From positions 1 through 64,000 of IMG/VR virus record IMGVR_UViG_3300036781_000230: a DNA stretch of 64,000 bases, one strand, 5' to 3'. Of this stretch, positions 8,739 to 17,363 are shown in pieces (position 1 is the first letter of the stretch; each line of letters starts with the position of its first letter). The DNA is from a virus. Below the pieces are notes generated by a model. That model made no database searches and had not been told where the DNA came from. It worked only from the letters and a program-made list of their open reading frames with translations. Both the position numbers and the translations under genes were made by a program.

Positions 8739-9184
8739 AAAATTTATTTGCAAATGCTCTCGACGGTCTTTACTGGGCTAGTGACTCATTACCTACTAAG
8801 AAATTTCATGACTTAAATTTAGTTATAGAGACTCCTAAGTTTGGAATGAGGCAAGGTCCTGGATGGATGTCCAGCCCACCGGCCGACTACGGCTATATCC
8901 TGGACACTACAGGTGCTGACGGTGACGAAATGGACTGCTATCTAGGACCTAACCCAGAAAGTACAATAGTTTATGTGGTTGATCAAAATAGGATGGATAG
9001 TCCTGTGTTTGATGAACACAAATGTATGCTCGGTTATAATTCCATGGCAGAAGCTAAGAAAGATTACTATGATGGTCATACTCATGGAATTCAAATCTTT
9101 CGTAACATAACTGCTTTACCTTTAAGTGTTTTTAAAGCTTGGCTTAAACATGGAGATATCTCTAAGCCTATAATTCTACAGTAA
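8735..9184 (+). CDS. Inorganic pyrophosphatase-like domain protein
   Basis: DYGYI..T.GADGDEMDCYLG...FDEHKCMLGY. Confidence 0.8.
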   Translation: MKNLFANALDGLYWASDSLPTKKFHDLNLVIETPKFGMRQGPGWMSSPPADYGYILDTTGADGDEMDCYLGPNPESTIVYVVDQNRMDSPVFDEHKCMLGYNSMAEAKKDYYDGHTHGIQIFRNITALPLSVFKAWLKHGDISKPIILQ

Positions 9185-9204
9185 CAAGATTAAAAGAGAC
9201 TTAT

Positions 9205-9369
9205 ATGACTAACGATGAAATTTATCGATTAGCAAAGGCTGAAGACGTACGGTGTATAAAGCCTCTTATGAATTTAGTTACTCTAGCTGCTCTGGAGATT
9301 CTTAAATTAGAATCTAAAACTCCAGTTCCAGAGGGAGTGAAATTTGTCGACCTCTTTCCTCGTCCCTGA
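9205..9369 (+). CDS. Small hypothetical protein (54 aa, not in ORF track)
   Basis: MTNDEIYRLAKAEDV...; fills the gap. Confidence 0.45.
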   Translation: MTNDEIYRLAKAEDVRCIKPLMNLVTLAALEILKLESKTPVPEGVKFVDLFPRP

Positions 9370-10207
9370 TCGCATAGAATCTGCTTACAGATCAGCTATA
9401 TCAAAAGTAGTTATGTCTTGGATTCCTCCAAAGATAAAAGGCATAAGTCCTTCTTACTGGCTGAAAGAGTTATCTGATGTTAGTACTCGTAAAAGTATCA
9501 TTAATGCTAGTACTAATATAGCTGTAAACATGGTGAGTAGAGTCAACGTAGTAAATGTAAAGTCTTGGAGAGAAGCTGCTCTTAAGGCTCAGAGTAGTAG
9601 ATACATTTACGAACTTCTACAACAAGAGTTATCCGGTCCTGTCGGAGTACGAATTAGACAACTAGTACTAGAGAACGCTAAAGTACTAGGACAGATACCT
9701 ACTGACGTTTCTGATATTCTTGCTGAGGAAATAGCTAAAGCTCAGCAGCAAGGCACCAGGCCTGAGGCCATCGAAGCCCTTTTGAAACATCGCTTCACGG
9801 ACATTATGTCCTGGAAAATAGCTCAAATAGCTCGAACTCAGTCTGGATCAACCAGTACTGCTTTAACTAGAGCTAGAAGTGAAGAGCTTGGACTTCCATG
9901 TTTTATTTGGGATACGTCTGAAGATAGACGAGTAAGACACTCCCATAGAGTAATGGATGGCGTAGTAGTTTTTTGGAATGATTTGCCCTCTCCTGAATCT
10001 TTAGTAGGACAAAGAAGCTCTTTCGGTCGTTATGCTCCTGGGGACTGTACTAATTGCAGGTGCTATCCTCGTCCAGTATTAACTCTTGAAGACGTTTTTC
10101 AAAAGAAAAATAGTCTGATTAAAGTATATGCTGATGGTCAGATAATTAAAATGACTAGGATGAATTTTTCTAAGAAATCTGGAATTGAATCCAGAATGGC
10201 AGCTTAA
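9344..10207 (+). CDS. MuF / SPP1 gp7-like head morphogenesis protein
   Basis: IARTQ, WDTSEDRRVRHSH, PG..TNCRC. Confidence 0.9.
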   Translation: MSTSFLVPDRIESAYRSAISKVVMSWIPPKIKGISPSYWLKELSDVSTRKSIINASTNIAVNMVSRVNVVNVKSWREAALKAQSSRYIYELLQQELSGPVGVRIRQLVLENAKVLGQIPTDVSDILAEEIAKAQQQGTRPEAIEALLKHRFTDIMSWKIAQIARTQSGSTSTALTRARSEELGLPCFIWDTSEDRRVRHSHRVMDGVVVFWNDLPSPESLVGQRSSFGRYAPGDCTNCRCYPRPVLTLEDVFQKKNSLIKVYADGQIIKMTRMNFSKKSGIESRMAA

Positions 10208-10218
10208 GGAGAACTACT

Positions 10219-10632
10219 ATGAAGAATTTGGTTAAGATTTTTCTAGCTATTTTGCTCGGAACATCTACTGTTTTTGCTCAAGTTGCTGGGCCTGTTGCTG
10301 CTGTTCCTGGTACTCCTGGAGCTGCTGCTGTATATGGAACTCCAATCAATGGGACTCCAGTAATTATCCCTGGTACTGTTATTCCGACTAATGGAAAAAA
10401 TGTCCTCACAGGTACAGTCACAGCGACAACCGCAACTACAGCTCCTGCAACAATTACAGGAGTCACTACGAGTTCAGTATGTGTGTTTTCTGCTGCTAAT
10501 GCTATTGCTGCAGCCGCTATCATAGCCGATAACGCATTTTTAACGCCTACTGCTAATACTGTGACTCTTACCTTTAGTGCTGCTCCAGCGACTACCGGCG
10601 GAATCTTTAAGGTTCTCTGCACAGTTAACTAA
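10219..10632 (+). CDS. Signal-peptide-bearing putative head decoration/appendage protein
   Basis: MKNLVKIFLAILLGTSTVFA|QV; C-terminal domain resembles the C-terminus of the 1301-aa fibre. Confidence 0.7.
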   Translation: MKNLVKIFLAILLGTSTVFAQVAGPVAAVPGTPGAAAVYGTPINGTPVIIPGTVIPTNGKNVLTGTVTATTATTAPATITGVTTSSVCVFSAANAIAAAAIIADNAFLTPTANTVTLTFSAAPATTGGIFKVLCTVN

Positions 10633-10641
10633 GAGGTTAAT

Positions 10642-10842
10642 ATGTCGATAAATCCCGGAAGATCAGCTTTTCCATCAGACAACCAGAAGCCTTTTGAAGG
10701 TACTGAGAATTCTGATCCAGGTAATGGTGGTGGAAATAGCGGTGCTGTACTGAGTCCAGCTCCTGGTCTCGGGCTATCTGCTTATCAAGACCCTAGAGTT
10801 CCTGTAGAAGCACCACTACCAAATCGTCAAGGAGGAAGCTAG
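10642..10842 (+). CDS. Small hypothetical head-module protein
   Basis: GAGG RBS; G/P rich. Confidence 0.55.
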   Translation: MSINPGRSAFPSDNQKPFEGTENSDPGNGGGNSGAVLSPAPGLGLSAYQDPRVPVEAPLPNRQGGS

Positions 10843-10844
10843 CC

Positions 10845-11183
10845 ATGGCAAAAATCAATGGCGGATATAGCGCAGTTTCTTGGGGTCCTACTGTGGATTC
10901 AACTCCACATGATAATGGACCTATTCCAGAGATGAGTACTAGCATTCCAAGTTCTATTCCTGAGCTTGGAGCACTAGCTGATGCTGATCCGTATTCTGGT
11001 ATAGGAAACTACGGTAGTCCTGATAATCCTCCGGCTATGGATTCTGATTTTTCTAAGTTAGAACATAAACTGGAAAATAAACCAGGAGTTACTAACCCTG
11101 CTGGCCTCGCAGCAGAAATTGGAAGAAAAGAGCTTGGACAAGCTGAAATGACTCGTCGAAGCGAAGAGGGTCGAAAACACTAG
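10845..11183 (+). CDS. Hypothetical, probable internal head protein
   Basis: PAMDS motif followed by FSKLEHKL..KPGVTNPAGLAAEIGRK. Confidence 0.65.
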   Translation: MAKINGGYSAVSWGPTVDSTPHDNGPIPEMSTSIPSSIPELGALADADPYSGIGNYGSPDNPPAMDSDFSKLEHKLENKPGVTNPAGLAAEIGRKELGQAEMTRRSEEGRKH

Positions 11184-12583
11184 TGCCAAAATATCACTCA
11201 TTGATGCTTAGCCCCAACATCTCAAAAACTGTTGAGGGTTATCTGATATGCGAGAATGTTCCACTTTGTCGAAGTGGTTTTCAAGATTATCTAGGAAAAG
11301 AACTAGAAGATTTTGTAGGCTACGAAAAATCCTGGGAATTGAATCCAAATCAATTATATAGGGTATATCGACCTAAGGAAGAAGTTCTTCATCCAGACTT
11401 CATCGCCAGTCTCGAGGGAAAAACTGTCGTTGATGAGCATCCGGATGGAAACGTAGTTCATGTTGATAATGATCAAGAACTCAACTGTGGACACGTGGAA
11501 AAAGTTGGACCAGGTCCTACTATAGATGGAGAGGTTACTCTTAAGGGTGATCTCATCATTAAGAATCCTGATCTGATAGAAAAAGTTCGACCAGAAAGCG
11601 ATCCAGATAATGAATATGGAACCGCTGTTCGCGATGTAAGTTGCGGCTATGGTCTACACCTCAAACGTCTCGACGATGGGACGATTGTGATGCATCGGTT
11701 GCGTGGAAATCACGTAGCTGTAGTAGAAAAAGGCAGGGCTGGTCCGCGGTTTGCCATCAAGGATTCTGCTCCGCCCGAAATCAAAATAATCAAGGAGCCG
11801 ATTATGTCACTAAGGAAGACGATTATCGGGCGAGGAATCCAAGCACTCTTCGGTGATATCAGCGCAGCAGAAAAGGAAAGCCTCATGGCTGAACTCGATG
11901 CTTCTGGTACTACGAAAATTGCAACAGATGCTGAACCCAAGGAAATGCACCCTGCTCACGCTTGCCTAGATCGTTGCTTGTCGGCGATGAAGGCTGGAGA
12001 TTCTGCAGCTCTTGAAGAGCACAAAAAAGAACTCTTCAAGCACATCGGTCATCATGAGCCTGAACACATGGATGATTCTGATGTGGAAAAGCTCAAGGAT
12101 GAAGAGAAGGAAAAGAAGGAAGAGAAAAAGGCTGGTGATGAGGAACTTGAGCAGGAAGAGAAAACTCCTGCTGAGGAAAAAGAAGAGACTCACGCCACCG
12201 ACTCTGAAAAAGCCGAGAAAGAGATTAACGATCCTGGTGAATCTGTTCTTAAGGCCGCTAACGATTCTGTCCGCGATTACATTCGAAGCAGCCGTCCTGT
12301 GATTGCTGTCATTGCGAATAAGGACCAGAGCAAACGATCGAAGACAGAGCAGATCATGCTTGATAGTTATAATGGCGCTGTTAAGGGTCTTAACTCTCAG
12401 GTTGGTCGACGGTCTACTTATTCGGCTCTTTCTCGCACAAAGACGCCCGAAGGTATTCCTCCTCTGGCTACTGATTCTTCGGCAGTTACCAAGGCCCCTG
12501 AGACCTGCAACTGTTTTGACGGTGTTCCGTACAAAGTCGGTCTCAAGCGTCATGAAACCGCTCATCAGAAGGGAGCTAACTAA
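11183..12583 (+). CDS. Prohead protease-scaffold (DUF2213)
   Basis: GYLIC..VP..RSG.Q.Y, VYRP.EEV, VDEHP, VSCGY, NHVAVVEKGRAG; acidic scaffold tail. Confidence 0.9.
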   Translation: MPKYHSLMLSPNISKTVEGYLICENVPLCRSGFQDYLGKELEDFVGYEKSWELNPNQLYRVYRPKEEVLHPDFIASLEGKTVVDEHPDGNVVHVDNDQELNCGHVEKVGPGPTIDGEVTLKGDLIIKNPDLIEKVRPESDPDNEYGTAVRDVSCGYGLHLKRLDDGTIVMHRLRGNHVAVVEKGRAGPRFAIKDSAPPEIKIIKEPIMSLRKTIIGRGIQALFGDISAAEKESLMAELDASGTTKIATDAEPKEMHPAHACLDRCLSAMKAGDSAALEEHKKELFKHIGHHEPEHMDDSDVEKLKDEEKEKKEEKKAGDEELEQEEKTPAEEKEETHATDSEKAEKEINDPGESVLKAANDSVRDYIRSSRPVIAVIANKDQSKRSKTEQIMLDSYNGAVKGLNSQVGRRSTYSALSRTKTPEGIPPLATDSSAVTKAPETCNCFDGVPYKVGLKRHETAHQKGAN

Positions 12584-12588
12584 AAACT

Positions 12589-13149
12589 ATGCCAGCCTCA
12601 GTAATTCCTGTAAAAGGACTATACCTCGGCTTTGTCGGTAGTATCAGCAACGAAGGTTATTCTCTTCGCACTGCTCGGCAAGTCAAATCTTCGGACACGA
12701 ATCCTATCGCCTTTGGCGAAACGTTCGTTCTGAACGCAGATAACACTTACTCCAGCGTTAAGACCTTTATTGCTGGAAGTGGCACAGTTACAGCAGCTAC
12801 TCCGATGGGAATTGCTGCAAGCAACGTAAACATCAATCCTACCTACAATACTCAAGGTACGGATGGTGTAAATACTCCTGGCGGAGTTTATCTGCCTGGA
12901 ACTATTATGGATGGTCTTGTTCAGGGAACCATCAATGTTAGCTGCAACAATGGTACTCCTACGGCTGGCGGAAGCGTTTACGTTCGCACAGTTCTTAATG
13001 GAGCTATTCCAACTGGAGTTGTTGGCGGACTCGAAGCTCAGGCAGACGGCTCCAATAGCGTTCTCTACCCGAACTTTAAGTGGAAAACTGGTTTCCTCGA
13101 GACGGATCTTACGGCTCAGGTAACTATTCTCCAACGCACTATTGCCTAA
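12589..13149 (+). CDS. Capsid cement/decoration protein
   Basis: Between scaffold and MCP; G.INV...GTPTAGGSVYVR motif. Confidence 0.8.
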   Translation: MPASVIPVKGLYLGFVGSISNEGYSLRTARQVKSSDTNPIAFGETFVLNADNTYSSVKTFIAGSGTVTAATPMGIAASNVNINPTYNTQGTDGVNTPGGVYLPGTIMDGLVQGTINVSCNNGTPTAGGSVYVRTVLNGAIPTGVVGGLEAQADGSNSVLYPNFKWKTGFLETDLTAQVTILQRTIA

Positions 13150-13167
13150 TCGGCGGAAAGGTAAGAA

Positions 13168-14172
13168 ATGAATCCCAGAGAATATCAACAGAGCCTAAAC
13201 GCTCTGCGCAGTGGGAAGGTACTTTCCGATGCCGCAGCGGCAGCAACCGGTCAGACCTTCTTGATGGCGGAACTCGCCAAGCTCGATCCAGTGGTTCGTC
13301 TTCCACTGGAAAACTACACCTATCTTCGCGATATTCCTATCGATCGCGGCGGTGGATGGATCATGAATCATATCGCCCACAACGTTGATTTTCGTGGACC
13401 TGCTGATGACTCAGCTGGTTCTCAGACCAATGATTCGCGTGTGATCGAGTACAACGTCAACCAGGATACCTGGCCGGTATTCCCCTACCAAGTTCGCATC
13501 CGTATTCCCATCGTGGAATCCCTCCGGATGGCTCAGGTAGGACGTTCTCCTCAGGACTTGCTCGATAAAGGCGTTCGCGTCGACTACAGCAAGACCCTTG
13601 ATCGCCGTACATACGCAGGATTTGCTGGACAGTACGGGTTGGTTAACAATCCGGAACTGACACAGACATCCTTGCCTGCAACTGGAACCGGTAACACTAC
13701 GACATGGAGCACGAAGACTGCCACTCAGATTCTCGGCGACTTCAATTTCATGGCTGAGACCAACTGGCTTGCCAGCGGTTCGGCTCCTGGCGCTATGCCG
13801 GATCGTTTCCTTATTCCTCCGGCGCAGTATATTCAGATCACCCAGCCGATGGCGGTTGTTGGTGGACCTTCTGGTTACGCTTCCATTCAGGACTATGTCA
13901 AGAAGAACTACCTTGGCTCGGCCTTTGGAATTGAACCGGAAATCTACCCTCTGCCTGAATGGCTCGACGGTCAGGGTAGTGGCAGTACGCAGGAAATTAT
14001 CGCGTACAAGTATGACAAGGACTGCTTGAGCTTGGGTATTCCCCAGGAAATCACGCGGTTTGGTGCTCCTCCGTCGATCGTATCTGGCTGCTTCGAGTTC
14101 CTGTATCTTGCGAACATCGGTGTAGTCAAGATCAATCGGCCTACGACCGTAGGTCTCTTCTACGGCGCATAA
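13168..14172 (+). CDS. Major capsid protein (DUF2184 type)
   Basis: FLMAELAKLDP, YGLVNNP, PDRFLIPP; GC-shifted codons. Confidence 0.9.
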   Translation: MNPREYQQSLNALRSGKVLSDAAAAATGQTFLMAELAKLDPVVRLPLENYTYLRDIPIDRGGGWIMNHIAHNVDFRGPADDSAGSQTNDSRVIEYNVNQDTWPVFPYQVRIRIPIVESLRMAQVGRSPQDLLDKGVRVDYSKTLDRRTYAGFAGQYGLVNNPELTQTSLPATGTGNTTTWSTKTATQILGDFNFMAETNWLASGSAPGAMPDRFLIPPAQYIQITQPMAVVGGPSGYASIQDYVKKNYLGSAFGIEPEIYPLPEWLDGQGSGSTQEIIAYKYDKDCLSLGIPQEITRFGAPPSIVSGCFEFLYLANIGVVKINRPTTVGLFYGA

Positions 14173-14181
14173 CGTAGTAGT

Positions 14182-14223
14182 GTGCAACCTGAGTATGGTA
14201 TAACTCTCATACTCAGGTTGCAC
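14182..14223. repeat. 42-bp dyad, copy 1 (perfect 16-bp inverted arms)
   Basis: GTGCAAcctgagtATG-N10-CATactcaggTTGCAC. Confidence 0.8.
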
Positions 14224-14252
14224 ATCAATCTATAGATTGGAGATATGACGCC

Positions 14253-14702
14253 GTGAAAATCCTTGCCCATAAGAATCTTAACCTGCATTCAGCTTCCTCA
14301 AAAGGTAGACTGATTCATATCGCAAGTAAACAAGTAAAGATTGTTCCGGATGACGTTGCTGATCATCCTGCTTTTGATCTTCTTCGTGATGATGGCTCTA
14401 TCATCATTATTAAGGAAGAGAAGTCTGACGATATTCCTGAAGGAATCAAGGAATTACTCGAAAAGTATCCTGATGCCGCAAATCATGTCGAAGAAGCTCG
14501 TATTTCTGGTTCTCCTCTCCATTTAGTTGAGGCAAAACTTGCTGCTCAGGAAGCTGAGAAAATCAATGTCTCTAAAGATGAAGATTCTAATGAGTCGAAA
14601 TCCGATGAATCAAAGAAGCTTGACGAAGAGTCTAATTCTGACGATGAAGAAACCGATGAAGAATCTGACGATGAAGAAACAGATGACGAGAAATCAGAGT
14701 AA
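14253..14702 (+). CDS. Hypothetical protein with acidic tail
   Basis: Follows MCP; D/E-rich C-terminus. Confidence 0.7.
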   Translation: MKILAHKNLNLHSASSKGRLIHIASKQVKIVPDDVADHPAFDLLRDDGSIIIIKEEKSDDIPEGIKELLEKYPDAANHVEEARISGSPLHLVEAKLAAQEAEKINVSKDEDSNESKSDESKKLDEESNSDDEETDEESDDEETDDEKSE

Positions 14703-14728
14703 AGAAAATAACTAGAAGAGGTAACTAA

Positions 14729-15466
14729 ATGGGTACGCCTGGTTTTCCTGACATCGTCGGTTTTTACGATATGCTGTATGGTACAGCTGGAGTCGATTGG
14801 CAAACTTTAGGTGGATGGCCATTTAGTGGAGCATCAGGATTAGTATTCTCAGGAAATCCTCCTTACACGGTGACGGATTTCCTGGGAATCTATCCTAAAT
14901 TTCTGGGACCCTCTACTAATTTTAGTGGCGTTGTAGTTACTAGTGGATCGCCAAACATTACTGGATTTACTAGTACTGCTGGAATTGTAGCTGGTCAACT
15001 TATAGTAGATCCAGCTTTTCCCAAAGACACTCTCGTTTTATCTGTAGCTCCAACTGGTATAGTCGTTACTCAAAATGCTTTAGCTAACGGAACTACTCTT
15101 GTTGTATATGAGACTCCTATGATACCTATAGGAGTAATAGCGATGTTCGTTACTCTTGCTGGTGCTTGTGTTATGTGTGCTAGATATCATGAAATGTGGC
15201 CTTTTATGATGTCACTGTTTGTAGCTCACTACTGCACTCTCTATATGAGAACCGAAACAGCTTCTCCAAATGAGACTCCTTCACAGGTTGCTTCTTCTGG
15301 TCTTACAAAAGGTATTCTTATACACCGAGCGGCTGGCGATGTTAGTGCTACTTCTCAGTTAATTGCAGGATATGAACAATGGGGAGCTTGGACTGAAACT
15401 CAGTACGGTGAACAGTTTATAACTATAGGAAGAGCTGTTAATTGTGGTCCAGTATGGGTGCCGTAA
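14729..15466 (+). CDS. Head-tail adaptor (DUF4054-like) with inserted beta module
   Basis: DFL..YPKF, LFVAHY, GDVS, W..TQYG.QF. Confidence 0.8.
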   Translation: MGTPGFPDIVGFYDMLYGTAGVDWQTLGGWPFSGASGLVFSGNPPYTVTDFLGIYPKFLGPSTNFSGVVVTSGSPNITGFTSTAGIVAGQLIVDPAFPKDTLVLSVAPTGIVVTQNALANGTTLVVYETPMIPIGVIAMFVTLAGACVMCARYHEMWPFMMSLFVAHYCTLYMRTETASPNETPSQVASSGLTKGILIHRAAGDVSATSQLIAGYEQWGAWTETQYGEQFITIGRAVNCGPVWVP

Positions 15467-15553
15467 TGAGAAAAAATCTCGATCTAGACGAACCCAATAA
15501 CAGCTGGACTGACCGAGAAATTATGGTTTGGGCAGTCAAGAACGGAATAGCAG

Positions 15554-16141
15554 ATGAAGCCCACAGTATCTGTAAAGAAAACCAGTCAGTCGGCAAAACT
15601 TCTGGCCAATCTAAAAGGCCTCACTAGAAAGGCAGTTTATGTAGGTATTCCTACTACTTCAACTAATGATCGAATAGATCAACTTTTAGACATGACTAAT
15701 AAGTTGAGTGGTACAAATACTCGAAGTAAAAATAAGAAGAAAAAACTTATCACAGCTGCTGTAAAAACTGCAGCAAATCAGGTGAATAACGCAGAACTGC
15801 TATATACCTTCAGTAAAGGTTCTCCAGCTAATAAGCAACCTCCTAGACCAGTCATCGAGCCTGCTATTGTAGCTCAAGGAAATAAGGAAGCAATATCTTT
15901 TGAATTAGGTCAAGCCACTAAGGCTCAACTATCTGGAGATTTTCCTGAAGCTAAACGTAGATTGAAGAGAGCCGGTATGGCTGGTCAAAATGCCTCTCGT
16001 AAATGGTTTACTGATAGTCGAAACAACTGGGCACCTAACGCTCCGAGGACTATTGCGGAAAAAGGTTCTGATGTTCCTGGTATAGACACAGCGGCTATGA
16101 GAAGAGCTATTATCTACGTTGTAAAGGATGACACACCATGA
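15554..16141 (+). CDS. Neck / tail-completion protein
   Basis: VYVGIP, GSPA..QPPRP, WAPNAP.TI..KGS..PGIDT. Confidence 0.75.
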   Translation: MKPTVSVKKTSQSAKLLANLKGLTRKAVYVGIPTTSTNDRIDQLLDMTNKLSGTNTRSKNKKKKLITAAVKTAANQVNNAELLYTFSKGSPANKQPPRPVIEPAIVAQGNKEAISFELGQATKAQLSGDFPEAKRRLKRAGMAGQNASRKWFTDSRNNWAPNAPRTIAEKGSDVPGIDTAAMRRAIIYVVKDDTP

Positions 16142-16530
16142 GTGAAGTTAGCGATCTTTCAGAGGTAGTGAATGATGGGGTTCTATCAGAATCTTATTTT
16201 ATTCTACGTCAGACGGGTCATTTCGGCTTAGGTGGATGGATCATAGATTCTTCAAGTAATCTTAACGGGTGGGGAGTAGTTTCAGTAGCCACGGAAGAAG
16301 ACCTTTTGATGATTACAGAAGGTGATAGAGTTACCGGAATAATGGTCTTTCATTCCGAGAAAAGAATTTACGAGACTCAATTAGACACTGCTCCTACTAA
16401 TTCATCTAGTCTTCAGAAATTTAGCGATATTATGATTTGGAACCATCAACAGTGGAGAGTACTAGCTGTAGGTCCTTATCCTAACAGAAAATTCTGGAGA
16501 GCGTTAGCGGTCAGAATGGCTGGTGTTTAA
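16138..16530 (+). CDS. Head-closure protein
   Basis: Position; EGDRVTG, DIMIW...WRV. Confidence 0.7.
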   Translation: MSEVSDLSEVVNDGVLSESYFILRQTGHFGLGGWIIDSSSNLNGWGVVSVATEEDLLMITEGDRVTGIMVFHSEKRIYETQLDTAPTNSSSLQKFSDIMIWNHQQWRVLAVGPYPNRKFWRALAVRMAGV

Positions 16531-17351
16531 TGTCTATTATAACTTATCCAGACGGTTCACAATTAACATCAACCGCTCTAACTGATTCAGAAATACAAAC
16601 TCTGATGCAGACTATAAGTGCTCAGATGTTAGGAATTATAGTATCTCCATTCACAATAAACATTACAACTACTCAAAACAGTAGTGTTTGTTCAGTGGTA
16701 AATACTCTTAATCTATATGCTGGAGAACTTGTAGTTTCTGCTGGCATTCCTGAGAATACCTTAATTATAGCAGTAGATAACGAAGCGAAAACCATTACTT
16801 TAAGTAATAGTGCTACTATAACTGGAACTGAAGAAGCTACAATTACAGATCCAAATTGTTATTTTAAAGTAAGAATCGGGTGGCAAATCGAGGGTCAACC
16901 AGGTCCACCCATCGATCAAGATACTGTTACTATATCGGCAGTTACTCTAGACACTGATTACTCTAGAATGCACGATATTGTCAGTTCTGAATCTATGGAT
17001 GGGACGCAGAGCATTCAGACTGATGTATACACTAGAGCGTGGAAGATAAACTGGACATTCTACGGGCCTAGTTCAGTTGACCACGCCAGAGCAATTAGAT
17101 CAGCTCTAGTTACTATTCAATTTGTTACTGATTTTCTGTCTACTTCTAATCTGTATGTAAATCCAGACATAGAAGTACCCAAAAGATTTCCTGAAAATTT
17201 CCAGGGAAGATGGTGGGAAAGAGTAGATTTAGAAGTTCAGTTTAATGAACAAATTACTGAAACCTTTACTGTAGGGACCGTTCAGTCTGTCGAAGTTAAA
17301 ATGTACACTAAAGACGGGCTACAATCTGATTTTACAGTTACAACGCCATAA
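16530..17351 (+). CDS. Tail terminator protein with inserted beta module
   Basis: VRIGWQ.EGQP, TFYGP, WWERVDL; precedes the sheath. Confidence 0.75.
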   Translation: MSIITYPDGSQLTSTALTDSEIQTLMQTISAQMLGIIVSPFTINITTTQNSSVCSVVNTLNLYAGELVVSAGIPENTLIIAVDNEAKTITLSNSATITGTEEATITDPNCYFKVRIGWQIEGQPGPPIDQDTVTISAVTLDTDYSRMHDIVSSESMDGTQSIQTDVYTRAWKINWTFYGPSSVDHARAIRSALVTIQFVTDFLSTSNLYVNPDIEVPKRFPENFQGRWWERVDLEVQFNEQITETFTVGTVQSVEVKMYTKDGLQSDFTVTTP

Positions 17352-17363
17352 GGAGTTTAAGAT

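Noticed and set aside
11641-14223. Long antisense and alternate-frame ORFs over the scaffold and capsid genes (e.g. 13411..14223, 11966..12565, 12619..13188)
   Set aside because: Shadow ORFs expected from biased codon usage in the real genes; no recognisable motifs.
14620-14700. Short tandem repeats (SDDEETDEE twice; also KSDKD twice in the portal)
   Set aside because: Ordinary low-complexity coding tails.
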